Below are positions 1 through 7,808 of a stretch of 64,000 nt of DNA, piece after piece (positions within the stretch are counted from its first letter, which is position 1; the number at the start of each line of letters is the position of its first letter). This DNA comes from an uncultured virus (IMG/VR IMGVR_UViG_3300020169_000014) (lineage: Duplodnaviria > Heunggongvirae > Uroviricota > Caudoviricetes). The position numbers and the translations under genes were made by a program. The notes below the pieces were generated by a model. That model saw only the letters and a list, made by a program, of their open reading frames with translations, did no database searches and was not told the origin of the DNA. The DNA lies in the IMG/VR virus record IMGVR_UViG_3300020169_000014, positions 1 through 64,000 of that record; one strand, given 5' to 3'.

Positions 1-1162
1 TAGCACTCTTGAGGTCGCCGGTGGTTTCTGACTGTGAATCCATATCAGAACGAATACTATCATTCTGTTTGTATAACCTAGCAATCATCTGGTTATTGTT
101 ATTCACATTGTTCTGTAAAGTCTTGGTCTCTTCTAACCGACTATGGAGTTCTACAAGTTGTTCATCGTAAGTCCCCATCTGTTGAGTTGACTTAGACATT
201 GCAGAGTTCAGTTCCTTTGCACGTGACTTCGCAGATACCTTCTTAGACTCACGTAGGTCTTCGGCAATACCTTGGTCACAGGTAGGACAGTGTTCGTTCT
301 CGTCAAAGAACTTCGCTTCCTTAACCACAGTCTTAATCTGTGATTTGAAGGTCGATTGGTACTCGATCAGTTTGTTACGATTTGAGTTTATACCTTCGAT
401 TTTCTTCGACACGTCTTCTAGTTGTGTCGTCACAATCTCCATGTGTTCAGTATTGTACCCCTGAAGAAACTCAATCTCAGTCTGGTTAGCCTCAATCTCC
501 GACTCTTTCTCTTTACGATGTGCAGTATTGATTGCAGACAAATCACGTAGATACTTCTTCTGTGAGTTTATCTTGGTCTTACACATCTCTATGTTGTAAC
601 CATTCGTGGTTATCTGATCTCTCAACACAGACATCTTTTCTTTCAGAATACTATTCATCTTAGAGAAGATATTGATGTCGAGAAGATCCTCGATTACCTC
701 ACGTCTCGCACCACCAGTCAACTGCATAAACGGAACAAAGGAACTTGATCCGAGAACAACAATCTGGTGAAAAGATTTGTGGGTAAGTTTTAGTATATTC
801 TTCTCAAGCATAGACTGATATTCTTTTGCATGAGAGTCTTGGTTGATCATATTACCACCAACCCAGATTTCGAATATGTTAGGTTTTATCCCACGAACAA
901 TCTTATATTCCTGTGAACCCATAGAGAACTCAACTTCAACAACTGTTCCTTTACCATTAATGGTATTGACCAGTTGTCCTTTAGAGATCTTGCGGTGGGG
1001 TTTGCCAAACAAACCAAAGGATAATGCGTCCAACATAGTAGACTTACCCGCACCATTGTGACCCACGACCAATGTCGTAGAGGATGCTGCAAAGTCTATC
1101 TCTGTAAAGGCATTACCAGATGACAGGAAGTTTTTATATCGTAGTTTACTAAATTTTATCAT
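1..1162 (-). CDS. gp46: Recombination endonuclease ATPase subunit (Rad50/SbcC-like), truncated by the window edge
   Basis: Not in the ORF track. Manual translation from ATG at 1162 gives MIKFSKLRYKNFLSSGN...VGHNGAGKSTMLDALSFGLFGKPHR (Walker A), then coiled coil and a CPTC zinc hook; lies downstream of gp47. Confidence 0.95.
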   Translation of the reverse strand, partial: MIKFSKLRYKNFLSSGNAFTEIDFAASSTTLVVGHNGAGKSTMLDALSFGLFGKPHRKISKGQLVNTINGKGTVVEVEFSMGSQEYKIVRGIKPNIFEIWVGGNMINQDSHAKEYQSMLEKNILKLTHKSFHQIVVLGSSSFVPFMQLTGGARREVIEDLLDINIFSKMNSILKEKMSVLRDQITTNGYNIEMCKTKINSQKKYLRDLSAINTAHRKEKESEIEANQTEIEFLQGYNTEHMEIVTTQLEDVSKKIEGINSNRNKLIEYQSTFKSQIKTVVKEAKFFDENEHCPTCDQGIAEDLRESKKVSAKSRAKELNSAMSKSTQQMGTYDEQLVELHSRLEETKTLQNNVNNNNQMIARLYKQNDSIRSDMDSQSETTGDLKSA

Positions 1163-1168
1163 ACAGGT

Positions 1169-1197
1169 ATTATACCATTAATAGTCAGTCTTGTCAA
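1169..1197 (-). promoter_or_regulatory. Sigma70-type promoter for gp46
   Basis: Minus strand TTGACA (1197-1192), 17 bp spacer, TATAAT (1174-1169), with an extended -10 TG. Confidence 0.85.
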
Positions 1198-1705
1198 ACT
1201 TTATTTTATCCCACACGCATTTAATAGAAGGGTCATATGACTTAGTGAATACATGAAACTCCACGTCCTCATAACCCCGAATGGCTCTGTCCCCGCCCTT
1301 CTGAAGTCCATAGTAGTCGAACCCAGTTGCCGCATAGATAGTACCATTGTGCATCCTACGGTCTGCCATTGTCAACACATACCTAGGTTTCAACATCTTC
1401 AATGCTCGCGATAGAAACCACGAGGTAATGTTATATTCGTTTTGGTGTTTGGCGGATACGACCAGTCTGGCCATGTCCCAGAGTCCGGTCGTGGGGGAGT
1501 CCACTCCAAAGTAGATTGGAACGAAAGACGGATGACAATGACCGTCACTGAACTGAACCACCCCCACGACATCCTCACCGTGGATCAAACCATAAAACTT
1601 ATTGGTCGGTGCATCCATGTATGGGGTACCAAGATAGTGGTACCTCTTAATACAATCTGATCCTTGACTCATGGTTATCTCTCGAACACCATATTCACTC
1701 TTCAA
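1178..1705 (-). CDS. Mom-like (GNAT-fold) putative DNA modification protein
   Basis: Motifs RYHYLG, GVVQF, DMARLV, SWFLSRALK, ADRRMHNGTIYAATGFDYYG resemble the phage Mu Mom family. Start uncertain (TTG, or an internal ATG). Confidence 0.6.
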   Translation of the reverse strand: MKSEYGVREITMSQGSDCIKRYHYLGTPYMDAPTNKFYGLIHGEDVVGVVQFSDGHCHPSFVPIYFGVDSPTTGLWDMARLVVSAKHQNEYNITSWFLSRALKMLKPRYVLTMADRRMHNGTIYAATGFDYYGLQKGGDRAIRGYEDVEFHVFTKSYDPSIKCVWDKIKFDKTDY

Positions 1706-1706
1706 A

Positions 1707-2771
1707 TTAAATTACTTCCATACTTTGGGCTTCTTTCATAAGGTATGAAATCTCTGTTTTGATCCTGTCCTTATTCAGATCAGTATTAACATTGTCAATA
1801 TAATCGTTGACTAAGGTATGAGTATCGTCAACAGATATGTTTTCGTCACCCACATTCTCACCAAGGAAATCTTTGAAGTCTTCTGCAATCTTCAGTTCAT
1901 GAATCTTCTGTTGTTGTACACGATCCACAAAACGTTCGAACTGTAGAGCATCACCCTTATTGTTCACTATGATCTTGACAAACTTATTATCTAAGTAAGA
2001 CATATCCTTGAACTTCCACTCACCCATCTCTTCGTGGTCATAGTAAATCTTTTCGTAGATGGTGATTGGGTTACGGATCGCTTCCACTTCTCTTGTTTTG
2101 GTATCAAGGACATGGAAGTGTTTAGGGTCACCGCAATCATTCCAGAAGAATTCCATCTGTGCACCAAGGTAGTGGATATTACCCTGTGATGATTTGGCAT
2201 GGAAGTGTCCGGTCAGTACAGTTTCGAACCGATCAAACGCAGACTTATCCATACCATCCTTACAGACTTGACCACGAGCCATCTCGAATCCTGCAAGTTC
2301 AAGGTGTGCACCCACAACTTCTGCTTTAGTGTTCTTCAGAAACTCAAGTGTTTCTTTCTCGTTCTCGGGATTGATCCAAGGAACCATTGCAACCTTCAGT
2401 CCACCATACTCCATAGTAGTCGGTTCCATGATAAGGTTAACCTCATTCATGTAGTGACCTTGGAGTTCCTTCAGTGCGTTTAGTTCATTGGTGTTCTTGT
2501 AGTACACGTCATGATTGCCCGGAATGATATCCATAGTGATACCATACTCTCGTAACTTCTCTAGGAAGATCTTACGATTATGCGCAAGTGCTTTGAAGTT
2601 AATAGTCTTACGATTGTCGTAGTAATCTCCGAGATGGAGAATCTGTGTAATATTATTCTCTAACAGATACGGGAAGAACACTTCGGAATAGAAACGTTCT
2701 TGGTAACCCATAAAGATATCAGAAGAATTACGACACCCTGCATGAGTGTCGTTTAGGATTGCCAGCTTCAT
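1707..2771 (-). CDS. gp47: Recombination endonuclease nuclease subunit (Mre11/SbcD-like)
   Basis: Metallophosphoesterase motifs DTH, LGDYYD, GNHD, GHFH; synteny. Confidence 0.95.
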   Translation of the reverse strand: MKLAILNDTHAGCRNSSDIFMGYQERFYSEVFFPYLLENNITQILHLGDYYDNRKTINFKALAHNRKIFLEKLREYGITMDIIPGNHDVYYKNTNELNALKELQGHYMNEVNLIMEPTTMEYGGLKVAMVPWINPENEKETLEFLKNTKAEVVGAHLELAGFEMARGQVCKDGMDKSAFDRFETVLTGHFHAKSSQGNIHYLGAQMEFFWNDCGDPKHFHVLDTKTREVEAIRNPITIYEKIYYDHEEMGEWKFKDMSYLDNKFVKIIVNNKGDALQFERFVDRVQQQKIHELKIAEDFKDFLGENVGDENISVDDTHTLVNDYIDNVNTDLNKDRIKTEISYLMKEAQSMEVI

Positions 2772-2801
2772 ATAATACTCATTTTATTAATAGATGTTAC
2801 T

Positions 2802-2830
2802 ATTATACATGATAAAAATCAGTCTGTCAA
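2802..2830 (-). promoter_or_regulatory. Sigma70-type promoter for gp47
   Basis: TTGACA (2830-2825), 17 bp, TATAAT (2807-2802). Confidence 0.85.
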
Positions 2831-3411
2831 GTAAGAAAATCACTAAGATCAGAATCGACATTAACTGCACGTCTCTTCCGCTGTTTCTTTTCTTCTTTAA
2901 CATACTCTTTGAACTGTTTATCCGCATCTTTAACAGTATCAATTCGATGCCGTAATCCTTCCACGACATGTTGTCCATAGGATTCGCCGTCACCAGATTC
3001 ATCAACAAACATACTCACGTCCGCTTCTGCGATATACTTCATCTTGATGTCTTGTTGTTTCTTCTCTTTCTGGATTCTTCGGAGGAATGCGTACCAAGAG
3101 ATCTGTGTAAAGTATGCGAAAGCATTGGGTGCGTTGGTGCGAGTAACTTTAGTGATGTCATAGTTCTCGATAGCCTTGAGACAGTTTTCTACTGCATCCA
3201 TGACCATCTCTTCACGGTAAGTGTAACGAACAAAGTTGGACTTGTGTGAAAGTCCTTCTGCAATCTTCAGAAAACACAATGCGATATAATCGTTAATCAT
3301 CGGACGTTCATTACCGTTTAAGGTGGCGTTCTGCACACTTTCACAGTAATCTACTACCGCTAAGGAGAACTCTTTGTTGTTTACGTAGTGCGGTCTATCT
3401 TTAGGTTTCAT
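2827..3411 (-). CDS. gp55: Late transcription sigma factor
   Basis: HYVNNKEF, FLKIAEGLSHKSNF, YTYREEMVMDAVENCL, NAFAYFTQI, AFLRRIQKEKKQ are typical of gp55. Confidence 0.95.
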   Translation of the reverse strand: MKPKDRPHYVNNKEFSLAVVDYCESVQNATLNGNERPMINDYIALCFLKIAEGLSHKSNFVRYTYREEMVMDAVENCLKAIENYDITKVTRTNAPNAFAYFTQISWYAFLRRIQKEKKQQDIKMKYIAEADVSMFVDESGDGESYGQHVVEGLRHRIDTVKDADKQFKEYVKEEKKQRKRRAVNVDSDLSDFLT

Positions 3412-3438
3412 TTGGTACTCTCACTTTATATTTACCCT

Positions 3439-3467
3439 ATTATACTATCTTAGGGTATGAATGTCAA
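3439..3467 (-). promoter_or_regulatory. Sigma70-type promoter for gp55
   Basis: TTGACA (3467-3462), 17 bp, TATAAT (3444-3439). Confidence 0.85.
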
Positions 3468-3470
3468 GGG

Positions 3471-3959
3471 TTAACTGTTCTGTAGTTGTAACCAATCTTC
3501 TGCTTTCTTTCTTACCGCTTCTTCTTGGGTAACTTTCATACCCATCAGGGGGTCTTTCATGGATACTCGTTTGCGGAGGTCACTGGTCGAAAATCTGTGG
3601 TCTCTCTTATTAAAGTATATCTCTATACCACGGGCTGCACAAGTTGCACGTCCGGTGAAGGTCGTGTCTTTATATTCACTACCAATGATTCTCACATCGA
3701 TATCAACCATCTTTAGAATGTCCTCCAAGTCCTTTTCGGTCTGGTACGGGATTATCTCATCCACATACTTAACCGCAGATAGTTGGGTGTATCTTTCGAC
3801 CAACGTCTGGACAGGAGAGTTTTTTTCTGAACGATCAGTAGAAGGGTCTATCTGAAGTGCGCATATAAGGTAGTCACACTGTGTCTTCGATTCACGTAAC
3901 ATTGATATATGACCTGCATGTAACAAATCAAATGTAGAGGCGGTTAAACCAACTTTCAT
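3471..3959 (-). CDS. Cytidylyltransferase (TagD/glycerol-3-phosphate CTase-like)
   Basis: TFDLLHAGH (HxGH), ERYTQL, VDEIIPY, GSEY and C-terminal FSTSDLR motifs. Confidence 0.85.
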   Translation of the reverse strand: MKVGLTASTFDLLHAGHISMLRESKTQCDYLICALQIDPSTDRSEKNSPVQTLVERYTQLSAVKYVDEIIPYQTEKDLEDILKMVDIDVRIIGSEYKDTTFTGRATCAARGIEIYFNKRDHRFSTSDLRKRVSMKDPLMGMKVTQEEAVRKKAEDWLQLQNS

Positions 3960-3989
3960 AAAATAATCCTAATATAATTAAAATATAAC

Positions 3990-4018
3990 TTGACATAATC
4001 TTTTTTATGTGATAAAAT
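3990..4018 (+). promoter_or_regulatory. Sigma70-type promoter on the antisense strand
   Basis: TTGACA (3990-3995), 17 bp, TAAAAT (4013-4018), extended TG, AT-rich upstream sequence. Confidence 0.55.
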
Positions 4019-4052
4019 AAGCATGTTGTCTGCCCCCCAGTCAATGTAACGT

Positions 4053-4442
4053 TTAGTGAATGGTTGTAGGGAACTTTAAAATGTTATTAGGTGAGTCACT
4101 ATCCATCGAAACAAACTCATCGTCATACTCTGGTTCAGTACCTTCATAATCCATTATAGAATCAACTGCTTGAACATACTGTTTCAAAATTTCGTCAACT
4201 GGATTAGCGATACTGACAATCTTATCCAACTTCAAAAGAATGAATCTATCCGGATCATCCTGATAACACATGAACAAACGGAACGACCACATTCTCTGGC
4301 CATCTTCGGCTTGCGCAAACTGGATGGTAAGAGGATTTCTAATAATAAGATCATAATCATCTTCCTCAAGGATCTCACACATGATCTCTTCACCAGTGGA
4401 TAACTTGAGTTGTTTCACTTGTTTTAAATCATATATCATCAT
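4053..4442 (-). CDS. Conserved T4-like hypothetical protein between uvsW and gp55 (possible Sm-like beta fold)
   Basis: KLSTGEEIMCEI start, acidic tail, overlaps the uvsW stop, syntenic position. Confidence 0.7.
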   Translation of the reverse strand: MMIYDLKQVKQLKLSTGEEIMCEILEEDDYDLIIRNPLTIQFAQAEDGQRMWSFRLFMCYQDDPDRFILLKLDKIVSIANPVDEILKQYVQAVDSIMDYEGTEPEYDDEFVSMDSDSPNNILKFPTTIH

Positions 4443-5940
4443 CGTTTCCTTTTAGGTCTATCTTATATATCTTATACTTAAAACCCTCTTTCGTGTACAT
4501 CTTAACACGTTCACCCGAATGGTTTAAAGTAAAGTTACGGTGTCCTTTTACAGAGAAGTCGTCAGCAATATCGAATAACTTTGTCACTGCTTCGTTGTCG
4601 GATTGTCTGAGTCCTCGTCCGATTGACTGAAGTACTTTGACTTGAGACTTTGATGGAGTCCCAAACACAATATTGTGAAGATTCCTAATGTTGATACCAG
4701 TACTAAAAGTCCCCAGACTAGCGACAATAATTGCATCATTTTCTTTCTCCACTATTCCCCTAATTTTCTCTCGGTCAGTTGCATCAACTTCTCCCGATAC
4801 ATAGAATACTTTTCGGTCGGTATCTGATACCGAATCCTTTATCATCTCATACAGAACTTTACCGTGTTTCTCAACGAACTGAAACATGACCAGACTATTA
4901 CCTTCCAAGTCCTTTGTAAGTTTAGTAATGAACTTATTCCTGCGTTCATTTGTAACTATGTAGTCAATCTCTTCCTGATAGGTTTTGTCCTTCATCCGTT
5001 GACAGATATCATTGTGATACCTCAGAAGAAGAATAGAGATCTCTAGGTCTGCAAGTGTCTTCTCTTCCTGCAACTTTGCAGTAGTAGTTACCTTATATAC
5101 AGGGCCAAACAAACCCTCAAGTACAAGTTTGTTCGTCTCGGTACCATCCAGTGTACCCGTAGTACCAAACCTATACTTCGCATTAACACATTTGTCCATC
5201 ATGGTAGACAGAGACTTTGCCTTGAATAAGTGAACTTCGTCACCAAACACTGCATCGAATTGTTCGAACCACTCCGGGCCAAACTTATAGATTGACTGCC
5301 AAGTAGAGATGATGACATCTTTATCAGTAACCTTCTCCTTACCGGAGTAGATCTTGTGACATTCGTTCTCTACGTCATAACCATAGTCAGCGAAGTCTTT
5401 ATACATCTGTTCAACTAGACTTGTTGTAGGAACAATAACTAAAGTTTTACCTACACCTTCTTTATCCTTGACAAACCGTAATAAATTGTATATAATAAAA
5501 CTCTTGCCGCTGCCGGTTGGAGATAGTAACAAACACCGCTTGTTTTCAATACCATGAGATATCGCTTCATACTGATAATCTCTTGTATCGAACGGACTAC
5601 CGAGGTTTCCTAGATACTTTACCAACTCAGGATGATTAACCTTCGTAGTTGCACTAGGTACACCATACTCTTCATGTTCTAATATCTGTAGGGGATAGAA
5701 TCTATCACCACAGAATTTACGCAAGTGATGATAAAGACCCACGTTCAAAGTCTTGGTCACGGTGTTGTAAAGTTTTACGCGGCCGTCCCAAACCTTACGT
5801 TTGTATGCCGGCATGTACTTATATCCAGGCACAAAAAATGCAAAGAACTCACGGAGTTCCATCTCTTGGGATGCGTTACTCTCTATCGCCAGATACGAGT
5901 GGTTTAACATCCTTATTCGTATCGTGTTGTCTTTGTTCAT
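4429..5940 (-). CDS. uvsW: SF2 DNA helicase UvsW
   Basis: SPTGSGKS, DEVH, GTTGT, QSIGRGLR; near uvsY. Confidence 0.95.
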   Translation of the reverse strand: MNKDNTIRIRMLNHSYLAIESNASQEMELREFFAFFVPGYKYMPAYKRKVWDGRVKLYNTVTKTLNVGLYHHLRKFCGDRFYPLQILEHEEYGVPSATTKVNHPELVKYLGNLGSPFDTRDYQYEAISHGIENKRCLLLSPTGSGKSFIIYNLLRFVKDKEGVGKTLVIVPTTSLVEQMYKDFADYGYDVENECHKIYSGKEKVTDKDVIISTWQSIYKFGPEWFEQFDAVFGDEVHLFKAKSLSTMMDKCVNAKYRFGTTGTLDGTETNKLVLEGLFGPVYKVTTTAKLQEEKTLADLEISILLLRYHNDICQRMKDKTYQEEIDYIVTNERRNKFITKLTKDLEGNSLVMFQFVEKHGKVLYEMIKDSVSDTDRKVFYVSGEVDATDREKIRGIVEKENDAIIVASLGTFSTGINIRNLHNIVFGTPSKSQVKVLQSIGRGLRQSDNEAVTKLFDIADDFSVKGHRNFTLNHSGERVKMYTKEGFKYKIYKIDLKGNDDDI

Positions 5941-6040
5941 ATAGTCTCTTTGCCAAGTCGATCATATTAAATTGTACACACATACCATGTTCGTGTAACC
6001 AATTCGCTTTGTCTAAGTCTTCGTCATCGTACTGTCGCAT
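5876..6040 (-). CDS. Small hypothetical protein (about 54 aa)
   Basis: ATG at 6040 directly after the uvsY stop; fills the uvsY-uvsW gap but overlaps uvsW by 65 nt. Confidence 0.35.
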   Translation of the reverse strand: MRQYDDEDLDKANWLHEHGMCVQFNMIDLAKRLYEQRQHDTNKDVKPLVSGDRE

Positions 6041-6041
6041 C

Positions 6042-6500
6042 TTATGCACCCGCTTCAAACGCTCTATACCGAATCATATTTCCAATCGTTTGGTGTCTCC
6101 AGTTGAGACTTTGTACGATTTCTTTCAATGTATCTATAATTGTATTATAGTACTGTAACTTCTCTTCGGATTTCTGAATCTCAGGATCTGCATCATAATA
6201 CAAATCCATGTCACCCTTGAGTACTTTGAGTCCATCGAATGGATCTAAATCCCATCCAGTAGCAAGTAACTCTTTTTGATCCATCTTACCATTATAGTAC
6301 TTCCATTTTTGTAACAAGAGAGTCTTCTGAGAGTTCTCTGCACGTTTGAGTTGTAACTTTGTGAGAGATAGGTACTGTAAATATTTTGCATGTAGACTAG
6401 GTGTGTGTCGAGACGCCTCGTCCAGTTGGTGTTGTGGAATTTGGGAATCCTCTTTCCACTCTGATAATATACTTTCAAGGTCTAACATAATAATCTCCAA
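6042..6500 (-). CDS. uvsY: Recombination mediator UvsY
   Basis: WKEDSQI, LHAKYL, KWKYYNGK, LKVLKGD, YYDAD, RYRAFEAG; true start probably ATG at 6488. Confidence 0.9.
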   Translation of the reverse strand: MEIIMLDLESILSEWKEDSQIPQHQLDEASRHTPSLHAKYLQYLSLTKLQLKRAENSQKTLLLQKWKYYNGKMDQKELLATGWDLDPFDGLKVLKGDMDLYYDADPEIQKSEEKLQYYNTIIDTLKEIVQSLNWRHQTIGNMIRYRAFEAGA

Positions 6501-6503
6501 TAA

Positions 6504-7127
6504 TCAAACTGTATTTATATGATCAATAACGTCTTCCCAGAACTCTAGATTGAACCCGAGAGTATATGAGAGGGTAATTCTTTTACTGTCTGTTGATGCG
6601 CAATGGTATATAATTTTATCTGTCTCTTCGGAAGAACCAAAGTATCCAGCCTTACATGTCCACCCCTTCTTATCCTTCATGCGAATATGATCTTTTGTTA
6701 TGGGATCGACCCACTCAAAATAACCATCACCGGTCTCGCTCCATGTGAATATAAGATTGTATGAAGATGCGTTTTGATTTGTATGCCATCCAATATATCC
6801 ACCAACCGGATATAACTGACTAAGCGCAGAATTGCGCACTCCTAGTTCAGTCTTCAATCTTTCATCCAATGTTATATAGGATTTTCGGTAGTCCAGATTA
6901 GATGAATCGTCATGATCGGGCTTGAGACAATAAGACCTTGCTGATTCGGGTGATCCATCATGACCTACTTGTATAGATTGTAAGTATTCGTCACTAATCC
7001 AATGATCTCTATTCTCTCCATCAAGAAAGGTATTGGTCTTGGTAACATCGTATTTGTCAATAAACAACTCTCTAAAACCTTCTAGTATATCCAGAAGATT
7101 CTCATTCATAATATAGACGTGTCTCAT
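6504..7127 (-). CDS. 2OG-Fe(II) oxygenase-like (double-stranded beta-helix) protein, paralog of 27613-28308
   Basis: YPVGGYIGWHTN ... YHCA ... RITLSY. Confidence 0.6.
   Translation of the reverse strand: MRHVYIMNENLLDILEGFRELFIDKYDVTKTNTFLDGENRDHWISDEYLQSIQVGHDGSPESARSYCLKPDHDDSSNLDYRKSYITLDERLKTELGVRNSALSQLYPVGGYIGWHTNQNASSYNLIFTWSETGDGYFEWVDPITKDHIRMKDKKGWTCKAGYFGSSEETDKIIYHCASTDSKRITLSYTLGFNLEFWEDVIDHINTV
6512..6519 (-). promoter_or_regulatory. T4-type late promoter upstream of uvsY
   Basis: TATAAATA on the minus strand. Confidence 0.65.
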
Positions 7128-7628
7128 TTATAACAACTCGAAAGAACTAAACCTAAAGCTTACTGTGAATGTAGGGTATTGTATATCACTAACATTAGAT
7201 TGTAAAGTGATAGGACTCAAGTTTGTAGGAAGGGCATCAAAATACTTTATCTGCACATTCTTGTTGTTGTGACTAGACATGATAATCAATGTTATATCTG
7301 CATAACTACTTCGTGTAGTACCCTCTGCGCCTACACTATTGTCTTGTCCCTGATTCACGATACGTTCCAACCAGTTCTGCATCTCTTTGTATGCAACAAT
7401 ATCTTCATCAAGAATGATCTCTACGGTGAGTTCCCCATAGGTAATTTTATCACCCGCAAGAGGAACCGAAGTAATACGTGCAACTGGTAGTTCTGTTGGA
7501 TTAACTGAGGAGCCAGGATGTGTTACACTCTGCGCAAAATAACTCAGATTCTTATAACCATCACCGGATATAATAATCTTAAATCCCGTGGGTTGTAGAT
7601 AATTTTTATTTGATGTTAACTCTGCCAT
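7128..7628 (-). CDS. gp3: Tail tube terminator / tail completion protein
   Basis: NYLQPTGFK, GDKITYGEL, ILDED, WLE, DITLII, FDALPTNLS; follows gp23. Confidence 0.85.
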   Translation of the reverse strand: MAELTSNKNYLQPTGFKIIISGDGYKNLSYFAQSVTHPGSSVNPTELPVARITSVPLAGDKITYGELTVEIILDEDIVAYKEMQNWLERIVNQGQDNSVGAEGTTRSSYADITLIIMSSHNNKNVQIKYFDALPTNLSPITLQSNVSDIQYPTFTVSFRFSSFELL

Positions 7629-7652
7629 TATAACTCTCGTTGATTTTACTTT

Positions 7653-7660
7653 TATTTATA
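7653..7660 (-). promoter_or_regulatory. T4-type late promoter upstream of gp3
   Basis: TATAAATA on the minus strand. Confidence 0.75.
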
Positions 7661-7663
7661 CAC

Positions 7664-7714
7664 ATTATAGTGGTCTATTAATGGACAATTATCTAAAATA
7701 TAGACCACTATAAT
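7664..7714. repeat. Perfect 15-bp inverted repeat with 21-nt spacer
   Basis: ATTATAGTGGTCTAT (7664-7678) and ATAGACCACTATAAT (7700-7714). Confidence 0.9.
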
Positions 7715-7719
7715 AGACA

Positions 7720-7749
7720 CAAAAAAAACCCCCATCCGAAGATGAGGGT
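7720..7749 (-). terminator. Rho-independent terminator after gp23
   Basis: Minus strand ACCCTCATC-TTCG-GATGGGGGT followed by a T run; cUUCGg tetraloop. Confidence 0.9.
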
Positions 7750-7808
7750 CAAAAGGTGATTTAACCGGGCGTTCCCGATCTATCACTCTTATTATTTTAT
7801 ACTACCAT

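Noticed and set aside
7629..7808. tRNA or structured ncRNA in the gp23-gp3 gap
   Set aside because: No cloverleaf or T-loop motif; the structure is explained by the terminator, the inverted repeat and a late promoter.
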